From an uncultured Cellvibrionales bacterium (GTDB taxonomy: Bacteria; Pseudomonadota; Gammaproteobacteria; Pseudomonadales; Cellvibrionaceae), in assembly GCA_913050115.1 (NCBI GenBank), contig CAJWZU010000001.1, positions 17,527-81,526 on the forward strand: DNA of 64,000 nucleotides, written 5' to 3'. A program made the position numbers and the translations under genes. The notes beneath the pieces were generated by a model that searched no databases, was not told the origin of the DNA, and saw nothing but the letters and a program-made list of their open reading frames with translations. The first letter of the stretch is position 1, and each line of letters begins with the position of its first letter. Of the stretch, positions 9,917 to 20,000 are shown one piece after another.

Positions 9917-11245
9917 CTAATAATGATTATTCATCAAATTTTCAATCTCGGCGACACTAGTAGGGACATTCTTGGATAACACTTCGCAGCCGTTCTTGGT
10001 GATCAGCACGTCGTCTTCGATGCGAATACCGATACCGCGCCAGCGCTCTTCAACCTGGTCATTACTCGGCGACACATAAATACCGGGTTCAACCGTCATG
10101 GTCATACCTGGCTCCAGCAGACGCCATTGGCCAGCGACCTTGTAGTCACCAACATCGTGAACGTCCATACCCAGCCAATGGCCAATTCGATGCATATAAA
10201 ACTCTTTGTAACTTTCGCTTTTAATTGCCTCCTCGAGCGGCCCTTTAAGCAAACCCAGCTCGATCAAGCCAGCGGTGATCACCTGCACCGAGGCCTCGTG
10301 AGGATCATTCCAGTTATTGCCGGGCACGACCTTAGAAAAAGCCGCATGCTGCGCTTTCAACACCAGTTCATAAAGCTGTCGCTGCGGGTCTGAAAATTTT
10401 CCATTGACCGGAAAAGTGCGGGTAATATCGGCCGCATACATACCGTATTCACAGCCAGCATCAATTAGCACCAAATCACCGTCGCACAGCTTGGCGCTAT
10501 TACTGATGTAATGCAGCGTGCAAGCATTATCGCCGCCACCGACAATGCTATTGTAGGCGGCAAAACGGGCACCACTGCGGCCAAATTCATGCATTATGTC
10601 GGCCTCCAGCTGATATTCCCAAACCCCTGGCTTGCAGGCCTGCATGGCCCGCACATGGGCGCGTGCCGATATTTCCGCAGCCTTGCGCATGATGCCCTGT
10701 TCGGCAGCGCTCTTAAATAAACGCAGCTCATGTAAGAGGTGGTCCAGATGTAAGAATTCTCCGGGCGGCATAGCACCGGTGCGCACCTTGGCACGTATAG
10801 TATTGACCCATTCCATAACCTGAGAATCGAAACTGGAGTCTTTACCCATGGCGTAATAGACGCGCTCACGGCCCTCGATTAAACCCGGTAGAATTTCATC
10901 AATGTCATCAATCGGGAAAGCATCATCGGCCAAAAAGTCGGTACAAGCGCCAGCTGGACCGGCTCGGTAACCATCCCAAATCTCGCGGCTAAGGTCTTTA
11001 TCGCGGCAAAACAGTACATACTCGCCATGCTCGCGACCAGGGATCAACACCAAAACCGATTCTGGCTCGGCAAAATCTGATAAATAAAAGAAGTCACTGT
11101 CCTGACGGTAATGATGTTCGGTGTCGCGCGAACGGGTTCGCTCGGGCGCCGCAGGCACTATGGCGATGGAGTTCTCATCCATTAATGCCATTAAGGCTTT
11201 ACGGCGGCGAGCAAATTCTTGTTTGGGTATAGAGGCAACATTCAT
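9917..11245 (-). CDS. pepP: Xaa-Pro aminopeptidase (M24B)
   Basis: 442 aa. Metal-ligand blocks LIDAGCEY, HRIGHWLGMDVHD, VEPGIY and IRIEDD. Sits in ygfB-pepP-ubiH synteny. Confidence 0.93.
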   Translation of the reverse strand: MNVASIPKQEFARRRKALMALMDENSIAIVPAAPERTRSRDTEHHYRQDSDFFYLSDFAEPESVLVLIPGREHGEYVLFCRDKDLSREIWDGYRAGPAGACTDFLADDAFPIDDIDEILPGLIEGRERVYYAMGKDSSFDSQVMEWVNTIRAKVRTGAMPPGEFLHLDHLLHELRLFKSAAEQGIMRKAAEISARAHVRAMQACKPGVWEYQLEADIMHEFGRSGARFAAYNSIVGGGDNACTLHYISNSAKLCDGDLVLIDAGCEYGMYAADITRTFPVNGKFSDPQRQLYELVLKAQHAAFSKVVPGNNWNDPHEASVQVITAGLIELGLLKGPLEEAIKSESYKEFYMHRIGHWLGMDVHDVGDYKVAGQWRLLEPGMTMTVEPGIYVSPSNDQVEERWRGIGIRIEDDVLITKNGCEVLSKNVPTSVAEIENLMNNHY

Positions 11246-11295
11246 AGCGTCATGTCCATGGTTCGATACACAGTACTTAGCGGGTGAAGTAGAGC

Positions 11296-11886
11296 TTAGT
11301 GAAGACTAGAGGCGTCGTCATCAACGGCACTCACTGCAATCTGATTAAACTCTAAAAACAGCGTTAGCGCAGCCATGCGTACATACTCCGCGACATCAAA
11401 AAAGCCAGCCTCGTCCTCTTCACTACTGCCCTCAACTTCAATTTGTACAATAGCGGCCATATCGCGCAGTGCTTCGGCGGCATCGGCGGGAATTTCGGCC
11501 TCAGGCTTAACACCCGCAGTACCAAAGCCACTCAAAAAGCCATGGCACCATTCACCGAGTGCGATGGCGCGCAGGTCCAATTCAGAGTCGTCACCGGGCA
11601 ACATTAATACAAAACCAAATTCGGCCGACTGTAACTGCTGCAAACTCTCAACCCGCAACTGCTCCAGTGCAGTAGTCACCTCGCCATCGGCACCTTCAGC
11701 CAAATCCAGAAAGTCTAATGCCGCTTGCTGCCAATCAGCAATGTCGGGACGGGCACCACCACACAGCTGACCACAGAGCATACCGTGTAACTCGGCGGCA
11801 CTGTTAAGTGCACCTTTAGGAATAATTAGATGGTTGAGGTTTTCATAATGAAGGGGAGAATTCGACATTTCAGGGTGATCGCTCAT
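11296..11886 (-). CDS. ygfB: UPF0149 family protein YgfB
   Basis: 196 aa, acidic, with the EWCHGFLSGFG motif. Occupies the conserved position upstream of pepP, divergent from zapA. Confidence 0.8.
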   Translation of the reverse strand: MSDHPEMSNSPLHYENLNHLIIPKGALNSAAELHGMLCGQLCGGARPDIADWQQAALDFLDLAEGADGEVTTALEQLRVESLQQLQSAEFGFVLMLPGDDSELDLRAIALGEWCHGFLSGFGTAGVKPEAEIPADAAEALRDMAAIVQIEVEGSSEEDEAGFFDVAEYVRMAALTLFLEFNQIAVSAVDDDASSLH

Positions 11887-12155
11887 ACAAAAAAAGGCTC
11901 TTGGGCTCTAATACAAATGAATATATCGATAAAAATGTATGCTATCACGAAACCCTTGACCCTTTTATCGACTATATACAAGTAAGTGGTGTTATCTCGG
12001 CAGCCAAAAACGCCAAGAAAATCACAGTTAAAACGTTAAAAACCCTTAATTCTTAATACATAGACGCCATAATCTAGAATCTACTTCAACAATCATTGAC
12101 CCCCTGCCAAGCGGGTCATATAGTTAACAATTATATACATAACGGCTAATTTCAA

Positions 12156-12365
12156 ATGTCTAACGATTTGCTGCAAACGCTGGAAACTAAAGTCGACCTG
12201 TTAATTCAGCTTTGCGGGCGCTTGGCCGATGAAAACAGCGAGCTAAAACAGCATAAGTCAGAGTCGCTAGTAGAGCGTGCTCGCCTAACTGAAAAAAATG
12301 AGCTGGCGCGAAATCGCGTCGAAGCCATGATTAGTCGCCTCAAAAAATTGGAGAATAACGAGTGA
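12156..12365 (+). CDS. Small coiled-coil protein (ZapB-like / TIGR02449-type) upstream of zapA
   Basis: 69 aa with a heptad-rich sequence. Its stop overlaps the zapA GTG (GAGTGA). A similar small gene sits at this position in pseudomonads. Confidence 0.65.
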   Translation: MSNDLLQTLETKVDLLIQLCGRLADENSELKQHKSESLVERARLTEKNELARNRVEAMISRLKKLENNE

Positions 12366-12649
12366 GCACTGAAAAGATCTTTGTCAAAATTCTCGATAAA
12401 GAATACCAAGTTGCCTGCCCCACAGAAGAAAAATCCGCACTGGTTCAGTCCGCAGAAGAACTAGACAGTCGCATGCGCGCCATCAAAAACTCCGGTGCCA
12501 TCATCGGTATCGAGCGCATCGCCGTAATGGCCGCTCTTAACCTCAGCCACGATTTGCTGAAGAGCGAAGGCACCATTAACCCTGTAGCCGAGGAAGACCT
12601 GCAGCGCATGCACGATAAGCTTGATGATGCACTAGGGCGTTTAAACTAA
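12362..12649 (+). CDS. zapA: Cell division protein ZapA
   Basis: 95 aa with a ZapA-like N-terminus (KILDKEYQVACPTEEK). Sits in zapA-ssrS-ygfA synteny. Confidence 0.85.
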   Translation: MSTEKIFVKILDKEYQVACPTEEKSALVQSAEELDSRMRAIKNSGAIIGIERIAVMAALNLSHDLLKSEGTINPVAEEDLQRMHDKLDDALGRLN

Positions 12650-12730
12650 ACCGCCGATATGCCACTTTTTTTACCCTACTTTTTGAAAGTTAATATTCTG
12701 CTTCCAATTTTACTGAGCTATAATCACTGA

Positions 12731-12905
12731 ACCTAGGATGTTGGCGAGTCGATTCAGTCCCTGAGCCGATAAGTATACCCCCGGAGGTTTTCAGTAATCA
12801 TGGTGTGCAAGCCTGCATGACAGGAAGCCTTTTTGATTGCCGGAACCACCACTTGAACCCCATGGTTCAAGGCACCATTGACAGCGGCATTCCCGGGCCT
12901 AATTT
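12731..12905 (+). ncRNA. ssrS: 6S RNA
   Basis: By eye it aligns to E. coli 6S: cagtccctgagccgat matches CAGUCCCCUGAGCCGAU, and cttgaaccccatggttcaagg...cagcggcat matches CCUUGAACCAAGGGUUCAAGG...GCGGCAU. A TATAAT sits at 12719-12724. It lies between zapA and ygfA as in E. coli. The ends are good to about 10 nt. Confidence 0.9.
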
Positions 12906-13400
12906 TCGACACCTTTAAAGAGCCAGATATTGTCGCGAGATTTTTAATGGCCTCGCGCACAAGCCCGCATCAAAAGAAGCTTCTCTCGTCGCCAAAAAGG
13001 ATTACCGGAGCCATCATTTGAACCCCATAGTTCAAGGCGCCATTGACAGCGACATTCCCGAGCTTAATTTTTGACACATTAACGAGCCAGATATTGTCGC
13101 TAGCTTTTTAGTGGCCTCGCGCACAAGCCCGCATCAAAAGAAGCTCCTCTCGTCGCCAAAAAGGATTACCGGAGCCATCATTTGAACCCCATAGTTCAAG
13201 GCGCCATTGACAGCGACATTCCCGAGCCTAATTTTCGACACCTTTAAAGAGCCAGATATTGTCGCTAGATTTTTAATGGCTCGCCCACAAACCAGCAGAA
13301 CAATACGCTGCCTCGTCGTTAAAAAAAATTAACGGAACCATCACCTGAACCCGATAGTTCCATTGACAGCGACACTCTTGGGGCCTAATTTAAAACCTGC
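12840..13400. repeat. Tandem array of about 3.4 copies of a roughly 164-bp unit, whose first copy is the 3' half of 6S RNA
   Basis: Units begin at 12840, 13005 and 13169, with a degenerate one at 13332. Copies 2 and 3 are identical over their first 59 nt. Each keeps the ttgaac/gttcaa hairpin and the cattcccg(g/a)gcctaatttt tail. Confidence 0.92.
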
Positions 13401-13420
13401 CACCGTTCAAGACCGAGCTA

Positions 13421-14080
13421 ATGATCCACAAGCCCCCTTCGCAGCCAATAAATCGCCACACCATTCGCCAACAGATGCGCAAAATCCGCCGCACACTGTC
13501 GCCTCGCCAACAATATCAGGCCGGACTTGACCTAAAAAAGAACTTGGCCACACAACCGCTTTTTATCCGCAGCGAGCGCATTGCTTTTTATCTCGCCAAC
13601 GACGGTGAAATAAACCCATCTCCACTTCTCGATTTAGCTCTCAGCCTTGGCAAAAAATGCTACCTACCCGTGCTTGCTCCTGGTGTTAATAAGGCTATAT
13701 GGTTTATTCGTTACGACCATAACACCCCGATGCAACGTAATCGCTACGGCATTGCAGAGCCAAAGATCAACCTTAGCCAACGCCTCAAAGCACCGCAACT
13801 GGATTTAGTATTAATGCCACTAGTGGCATTTGATGAAGAGGGTGGACGGCTGGGTATGGGCGGAGGCTATTACGATCGCTGCTTTGCTTTCAAACAGCGC
13901 AGCCAACAGCATAATCCGTATCTACTAGGACTGGCACACAATAGCCAACAGAGTTATGAGTTACCGATTGAAAGCTGGGATATACCAATGGCGTGTATTG
14001 CCACAGATAAACAACTGGTGATTTGCTCCAAGGCAAGCTGCCACAGAGATTTTCGAATACCAGTAAAAAAGAGAAGATAA
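13421..14080 (+). CDS. ygfA: 5-formyltetrahydrofolate cyclo-ligase
   Basis: 219 aa with the GMGGGYYDR motif. Occupies the conserved position downstream of ssrS. Confidence 0.88.
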   Translation: MIHKPPSQPINRHTIRQQMRKIRRTLSPRQQYQAGLDLKKNLATQPLFIRSERIAFYLANDGEINPSPLLDLALSLGKKCYLPVLAPGVNKAIWFIRYDHNTPMQRNRYGIAEPKINLSQRLKAPQLDLVLMPLVAFDEEGGRLGMGGGYYDRCFAFKQRSQQHNPYLLGLAHNSQQSYELPIESWDIPMACIATDKQLVICSKASCHRDFRIPVKKRR

Positions 14081-14165
14081 AGCGCTTCCTGCGCCACGGC
14101 GAGACTTAATTAATTAGCCTAGCGTCGGCTAAAATTCGCATTACGTCCTTTTCATTATTACTTAT

Positions 14166-14303
14166 CTAGCGATATGCAACCCCCTGCTGAAGAGCAGATG
14201 GCGCGGGTGCCTCGCTGTGAAATAATCCACTAGCGTTAACACTGCTGACCAAAACTCCAAAACAGAAGACCAGAATCGCGACAGTTACTATGTCGGTTTT
14301 CAT
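14166..14303 (-). CDS. Possible small secreted peptide (45 aa)
   Basis: Below the ORF-track cutoff. An AAGGA lies 8 nt before the ATG. Sequence MKTDIVTVAILVFCFGVLVSSVNA|SGLFHSEAPAPSALQQGVAYR shows a signal-peptide-like N-terminus. It is the only plausible ORF in a 770-bp convergent gap. Confidence 0.3.
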   Translation of the reverse strand: MKTDIVTVAILVFCFGVLVSSVNASGLFHSEAPAPSALQQGVAYR

Positions 14304-14848
14304 GATCAATGGTCCTTTTAGGCTGTACTTATGGTCATGAGAAGATTCATGACACTATTATTTTTACAGCTTTTAGATTTATACAATAACCACAGCAAAC
14401 AAGGCAATAGGTGTCAGCGCAAGATAGGCAATGCTCACGTAGCACAAATTGTATTAAATACTAGGGACAACTATTAACAATCACTAGGGGACTATCTGGT
14501 ATAGGCCTTAGCAGTGGCGATCACTAACTTCTGAAATATAGGCGGGCGCATATGCACCTAGACTATTTATGCATAGATGACATGAATTACCTTCACTTTG
14601 GCGCTAAGCCGAAATTATTAGTCTGATTTTCAAGAAGTTAAACTACCAGTAAGTCGATGATCGAAATACTCACAGGTATAAATATCAGCCCTACATCGGT
14701 CAAGAATATGGCTTATTAAAACACCAATAATAGTGGATTTGGGCGACAAGCCGCAGTAGCGGGCAACTTATAACAGTAATGCAGAAGCACTTATTGAGGT
14801 TTATAAAAAACCTGCCAATAGCAGCAGGCACAACAATAGGTTATTTGC

Positions 14849-16384
14849 CTATCCCAAAAACAACTTATACGCCTCGTTATCGGTCTCGTCCCAATAGCGC
14901 CAAGCCCCGTCGGAGCTCAACTCATCCAATAGCTGTTTCACCGCTTTTCTCTCGTCCTTAGGCACCTGCATTCCCACCAGTACCCGCCCATAGGCCGAGC
15001 CATGATTGCGGTAGTGAAACATGGAAATATTCCAGCGACCGGCAAGCTTAGTGAGAAAGTTTAGCAGCGCACCTGGGCGTTCGGGGAACTCAAAGCGATA
15101 GACCGCTTCATTGTCGATATTGGGAGCGTGACCACCAACTAGGTGACGAATATGCAACTTGGCCATCTCGTTGTCGGTCAGGTCGACAACGGCATAGCCT
15201 TTCGCCTTTAGGTCGCTAACCATTTCCGTTCTATCACTGGTATCCACTGTGTCTGGCGTCACTTGCACACCGACAAAAATGCGGGCGTCAGTTTCATCGG
15301 CGTAGCGATAATTAAATTCGGTGACATTACGCTTGCCCAGCGATTTTAAGAAATCTTTGTAGGAGCCAGCCTTCTCGGGAATGGTCACCGCCAGAACCGC
15401 CTCGCGCTTCTCGCCAATTTCGGTGCGCTCAGAGATGTAGCGCAAACGGTCGAAATTAGTATTGGCACCGCTAACGATTGTTACCAAGTTCTGGCCATTG
15501 ATCTGGCTATCAGCAGAAAACTTCTTCAGACCCGCCAAACCAACCGCTCCGGCGGGTTCGGCGATAGAGCGAGTATCCTCGAAGATATCCTTTATGGCAG
15601 CGCAGATTTCATCGGTAGAGACCGTGATAACACCGTCGATTAGGTCTTTCATTACCCGAAAGGTCTCCTTGCCGATCTGAGCTACAGCCACACCATCAGC
15701 AAAAAGACCCACCTGCGACAAAGTTACGCGGCGATTTTTTTCCATAGCGGCTTTTAAGCAGGCGGCCTCCTCGGGTTCCACCGCATAGACCTTGATTTCT
15801 GGGCGCATGTATTTGATATAGGCGACCACACCGGCACAGAGCCCCCCCCCACCGACCGGTAAAAATACCGCATCTATATCGCCATTATATTGGCGCAATA
15901 ACTCCAGACCAACAGTACCTTGGCCTGCTATCACATCGGGATCGTCATAGGGATGAATGTATGTCAGGCACTTTTCTTCTACCAGTTTTTGCGCATGTAT
16001 TGAGGCCTCGTCATAAGTATCGCCGTGCAGCACTACACGGGCACCGCGACGCTTAACGGCATCGACTTTAATCGCTGGGGTAGTTCTAGGCATAACAATA
16101 ATGGCCTTCACCCCCAAATGCTTGGAGGCCAGCGCCAAGCCTTGGGCGTGATTGCCGGCAGAGGCCGCTATCACACCGCCATCGCGCTGAGCTTGGCTTA
16201 ACTGGAGTAATTTGTTGTAGGCGCCGCGAATCTTAAATGAAAATACCGGCTGCAGGTCCTCGCGCTTCAAAAGCACGTTATTACCAATACGAGCGGATAT
16301 TAACGGTGCCTGTTCCAGCGGAGTTTCCACGGCCAAATCGTAAATTCGGGCGTTGAGAATGCGTTTAATATAAGACTGCGGCAT
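14849..16384 (-). CDS. ilvA: Biosynthetic threonine dehydratase
   Basis: 511 aa. PLP-lysine block FSFKIRGAYNK and the glycine loop PVGGGGL, with a duplicated C-terminal regulatory domain. Confidence 0.95.
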   Translation of the reverse strand: MPQSYIKRILNARIYDLAVETPLEQAPLISARIGNNVLLKREDLQPVFSFKIRGAYNKLLQLSQAQRDGGVIAASAGNHAQGLALASKHLGVKAIIVMPRTTPAIKVDAVKRRGARVVLHGDTYDEASIHAQKLVEEKCLTYIHPYDDPDVIAGQGTVGLELLRQYNGDIDAVFLPVGGGGLCAGVVAYIKYMRPEIKVYAVEPEEAACLKAAMEKNRRVTLSQVGLFADGVAVAQIGKETFRVMKDLIDGVITVSTDEICAAIKDIFEDTRSIAEPAGAVGLAGLKKFSADSQINGQNLVTIVSGANTNFDRLRYISERTEIGEKREAVLAVTIPEKAGSYKDFLKSLGKRNVTEFNYRYADETDARIFVGVQVTPDTVDTSDRTEMVSDLKAKGYAVVDLTDNEMAKLHIRHLVGGHAPNIDNEAVYRFEFPERPGALLNFLTKLAGRWNISMFHYRNHGSAYGRVLVGMQVPKDERKAVKQLLDELSSDGAWRYWDETDNEAYKLFLG

Positions 16385-16508
16385 GAGATTCTGCTTATTA
16401 GCTGGCTAGAGACCTAAAATAGGCCTTTATTAATAGTCTGTAATGGTAAACAATTTCGCCCTTATAAAGAACAACAACTATTCAAACAGCCACAAGTACA
16501 TATTTACT

Positions 16509-17186
16509 ATGACCCAAGACGAATTAAAACAAGCGGTAGCCCGCGCCGCCATCGACTATATTGCACCCAAACTTGAGGCTGACTCTATTGTCGGCGTTGG
16601 CACCGGTTCCACTGCCAACTATTTCATTCAGTATTTGGCCGAGATTAAGGGTAAGTTCGATGGCACTGTAGCCAGCTCGGAAAAATCGGCAGAGCGCTTA
16701 AAAGCTCTGGGCATACCCGTGTACGAACTCAACAGTGTCGATGCCATTACCGTTTATGTCGACGGTGCCGATGAAACCAACGATAAATTAGAGCTAATCA
16801 AAGGGGGCGGCGCCGCCCTCACTCGCGAGAAAATTGTGGCGGCCTGCAGTGACGAATTTGTCTGCATAGCCGACGGCAGCAAATGGGTCGATACCCTGGG
16901 CAAATTCCCGCTGCCAGTAGAAGTGATCCCTATGGCCCGCAGTCATGTTGCACGCGAGCTGGTCAAACTTGGCGGCGACCCTGTTTACCGTGAGGGGGTA
17001 GTAACCGACAACGGCAATATTATTATCGATGTTTACAATTTACATATCGATAACGCCACCGAACTTGAAACTCAGGTCAACCAGATAGTCGGCGTAGTCA
17101 CCAACGGCCTGTTTGCGCTGTCGCCGGCCGATGTACTGTTAATAGGCTTCGAGGATGGCGTGAAGACAGTTCGAGCCAAAGGTTAA
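16509..17186 (+). CDS. rpiA: Ribose-5-phosphate isomerase A
   Basis: Motifs [13 protein letters not shown] and [12 protein letters not shown] chose the internal ATG at 16509 (MTQDELK); the 22 extra residues of track ORF 16443 are low-complexity. Confidence 0.92.
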   Translation: MTQDELKQAVARAAIDYIAPKLEADSIVGVGTGSTANYFIQYLAEIKGKFDGTVASSEKSAERLKALGIPVYELNSVDAITVYVDGADETNDKLELIKGGGAALTREKIVAACSDEFVCIADGSKWVDTLGKFPLPVEVIPMARSHVARELVKLGGDPVYREGVVTDNGNIIIDVYNLHIDNATELETQVNQIVGVVTNGLFALSPADVLLIGFEDGVKTVRAKG

Positions 17187-17214
17187 AGCTTCTCTAGTGT
17201 TGACTGCTGTTGAT

Positions 17215-17249
17215 GCTGGAGAGAGGTATCAAGCCGACCTCTCTCCAGC
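17215..17249 (+). terminator. Strong hairpin after rpiA (possible terminator)
   Basis: A perfect 13-bp stem gctggagagaggt / acctctctccagc with a 9-nt loop. No clean T-tract follows directly (agtcaccataatttt). Confidence 0.45.
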
Positions 17250-17457
17250 AGTCACCATAATTTTGCAGAAAATTCTGTCAATGACGCTGAAGTTTGAGCA
17301 TATACAGTTAAGTGACTGACCGAGGACTCAGCGACATCGATGCCATTACGGCACTAAATTACTGAAGTAGTTGCAGTATTTTCTCACTTGAGCTGAACTG
17401 CTCTAAGCCGAGTTATCCCTAAAACCAGAAACGGTCCATGCTGAATTCGCATAGCCT

Positions 17458-19347
17458 TTATACATCGGCCAGATTACCTTTCTCTTCTAACCAAGATTTT
17501 CTGTCCGGGGCGCGTTTTTTGGCCAACAGCATATCCATTAACTCGTCGGTATCATCCCCATGTTCAATGGTCAGCTGCACCAAACGGCGGGTATCGGGGT
17601 CCATAGTGGTTTCGCGCAGCTGCAGTGGGTTCATTTCACCCAGTCCCTTAAAGCGCTGAACATTCACCTTGCCCTTTTTCTTTTCGGCTTTTAAACGGTC
17701 GAGAATACCCTGCTTTTCACTTTCATCCAGGGCATAGAAAACCTCTTTACCGAGATCTATGCGGTACAGCGGCGGCATGGCGACAAACACATGACCGGCT
17801 TGCACCATCGGACGAAAGTGACGCAAAAATAGCGCGCATAACAGTGTGGCAATGTGTAGACCGTCTGAGTCGGCGTCGGCGAGGATACACACTTTGTGGT
17901 AACGCAATTTATCGAGATCGTTTTCAACCCCCGGATCAATACCCAGCGCTACGGAAATATCATGTACTTCCTGCGAAGCGAGAATTTCACTGGAGTCGAC
18001 TTCCCAAGTATTTAGAATTTTACCGCGCAGCGGCATAATAGCTTGGCAATCGCGACTACGCGCCTGTTTCGCCGAACCACCGGCTGAGTCACCCTCTACT
18101 AAAAATATCTCTGAGCGCTCCGGCTCACCGCAAGAGCAGTCCGCCAGCTTGCCCGGTAATGCAGGCCCTTGAGTAATTTTTTTACGGGCGACTTTTTTAC
18201 TGGAACGCACCCGTTTCTGAGCGTTGGCGATACAGAACTCGGCCAGCTTGTCGCCGTCTTCTGTATGCTGGTTAAGCCACAAGGCGAAGGCGTCTTTAGC
18301 GATGCCAGAGACAAAACCCGCGGCTTCGCGCGAGCTTAAACGCTCTTTGGTTTGTCCGGAGAACTGTGGATCGGCCAGCTTAGAAGAGAGCACAAAGCTG
18401 CAGTTGGCCCAAATATCATCCGGCGCTAACTTGACGCCGCGCGGCAACAGACTGCGAAATTCGCAGTACTCTCGCATAGCGTCGAGAAGTCCAGTGCGAA
18501 GACCGTTGACATGGGTGCCACCTTGAGCGGTGGGGATCAGGTTAACGTAACTCTCCTGAATGACTTCACCGCCCTCTGGAAGCCACTGTACAGCCCAGTC
18601 AGCAGCCTCAGATTCTGCCGAGAAGGTGCCGACAAAAGGTTGCGCCGGCAATGTTTCCCAGCCCTGGGTAGCAGCACTTAGGTAGTCTCGCAGACCATCT
18701 TCATAGAACCACTTGTCTTTTTCTGCGGACTGTTCGTCCTTAAAGATGACGGTGAGGCCCGGGCAGAGCACCGCCTTGGCGCGCAGCACATGGCGCATAC
18801 GAGTAACGGAGACTTTGTACGAATCGAAATACTTAGGGTCGGGCAAGAAGCGCACACTAGTGCCGGTATTGCGCTTGCCGCAGGTATCCACAACCTCGAG
18901 ATCGGTGGATTTATCGCCATTTTGAAAGCCCATGCGATGCACTTGGCCATCGCGACGAATCGTCACTTCCAACACTTTAGACAGGGCGTTCACCACCGAC
19001 ACCCCCACCCCATGTAACCCGCCAGAAAACTGGTAGTTGTCGTTAGTAAACTTACCGCCGGCGTGTAGAGTCGACAAAATGACCTCGACCCCAGGAACTC
19101 CCTGCTCTGGATGAATATCGACAGGCATACCGCGGCCGTCATCGCTGACGGTCATAGAATGGTCTTTGTGCAGAATTACTTCGATAGTTTTCGCGTGACC
19201 GGCCAGTGCCTCGTCGACCGAGTTATCGATAATTTCCTGCGCCAAATGATTCGGGCGAGTAGTATCGGTGTACATACCTGGACGCTTTCGAACCGGGTCT
19301 AGACCGGTGAGAACTTCAATATCTTGGGCGTTGTAGCTAGTGGGCAT
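17458..19347 (-). CDS. parE: DNA topoisomerase IV subunit B
   Basis: 629 aa with a GHKL ATPase N-terminus and TOPRIM EIFLVEGDSAGGSAKQARSR plus PLRGKILN. The parE-yqiA-cpdA-yqiB-nudF order matches E. coli. Confidence 0.93.
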   Translation of the reverse strand: MPTSYNAQDIEVLTGLDPVRKRPGMYTDTTRPNHLAQEIIDNSVDEALAGHAKTIEVILHKDHSMTVSDDGRGMPVDIHPEQGVPGVEVILSTLHAGGKFTNDNYQFSGGLHGVGVSVVNALSKVLEVTIRRDGQVHRMGFQNGDKSTDLEVVDTCGKRNTGTSVRFLPDPKYFDSYKVSVTRMRHVLRAKAVLCPGLTVIFKDEQSAEKDKWFYEDGLRDYLSAATQGWETLPAQPFVGTFSAESEAADWAVQWLPEGGEVIQESYVNLIPTAQGGTHVNGLRTGLLDAMREYCEFRSLLPRGVKLAPDDIWANCSFVLSSKLADPQFSGQTKERLSSREAAGFVSGIAKDAFALWLNQHTEDGDKLAEFCIANAQKRVRSSKKVARKKITQGPALPGKLADCSCGEPERSEIFLVEGDSAGGSAKQARSRDCQAIMPLRGKILNTWEVDSSEILASQEVHDISVALGIDPGVENDLDKLRYHKVCILADADSDGLHIATLLCALFLRHFRPMVQAGHVFVAMPPLYRIDLGKEVFYALDESEKQGILDRLKAEKKKGKVNVQRFKGLGEMNPLQLRETTMDPDTRRLVQLTIEHGDDTDELMDMLLAKKRAPDRKSWLEEKGNLADV

Positions 19348-19350
19348 AGA

Positions 19351-19944
19351 TCAAACATCTCTATTTTTATTGTGCTCTAAAAATTCTAGGATTGAGGGAA
19401 TATGCCGCTCAAAATTCTGAAAACTGTGATCGCCGCCCTCTTCTACCCACTGTTTACAGGCCGAGTATTTCTCTACCGCCTGACGGTAATCGAGGGTTTC
19501 GTCGGCAGTCTGGGCCATTAACCAATAATTTTCTGGCCGGCTAATCAGCGGCGTATCAACCGCTTTAATCTCATCGACGTGAACCGCACTCAACGTGTAG
19601 ACCTGATCGCTGTAATAACTCTTTAGCGGCTGTTCTAAATAGTCCAACATCATCTCATAGGGGCGCACAGAGGGGTTGATTAATACCGCAGGCAAGTCGT
19701 ACTTTTCCGCCAAGTAGGTACACCAGTAACCGCCAAGCGAACTGCCCAGCAAATAGACAGGCTGGGGCAAAAGACTCTCGACCAGTGTTTCCAGCTGCCG
19801 CTGTACCTCGGCGGGATAGGGCGTCAAATGTGGACAGTGGTAACTAATATCTGGGCGCTGGGCACCCAGCAAAGCGCCGACCTGTTGTGCTTTGTAGGAC
19901 TGGGGCGATGACAGAAAACCATGGATATAGATAAGTGCGATCAA
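19351..19944 (-). CDS. yqiA: Esterase YqiA (alpha/beta hydrolase)
   Basis: 197 aa with IYIHGFLSSPQS and the GSSLGG nucleophile elbow. Synteny supports the call. Confidence 0.85.
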   Translation of the reverse strand: MIALIYIHGFLSSPQSYKAQQVGALLGAQRPDISYHCPHLTPYPAEVQRQLETLVESLLPQPVYLLGSSLGGYWCTYLAEKYDLPAVLINPSVRPYEMMLDYLEQPLKSYYSDQVYTLSAVHVDEIKAVDTPLISRPENYWLMAQTADETLDYRQAVEKYSACKQWVEEGGDHSFQNFERHIPSILEFLEHNKNRDV

Positions 19945-20000
19945 GAGGGGCCGATCCAGAAATGATTGTTCACTGGATTATAGGCTGCATTAAATGCTAA

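Noticed and set aside
12754-12960. 68-aa minus-strand ORF
   Set aside because: It lies entirely antisense to the 6S RNA gene and the first repeat unit. The region is explained by ssrS.
12840-13400. Possibility that the tandem arrays here and at 9608-9890 are CRISPR arrays
   Set aside because: The units are contiguous 90- and 164-bp repeats with no unique spacers, no short palindromic repeat and no cas genes in the window.
15842-15850. Run of 9 C (G9 on the coding strand) inside ilvA, considered as a slipped-strand phase-variation tract
   Set aside because: It encodes the conserved PLP-loop glycines (PVGGGGL) in frame in a housekeeping gene, so it is most simply a codon-choice coincidence.
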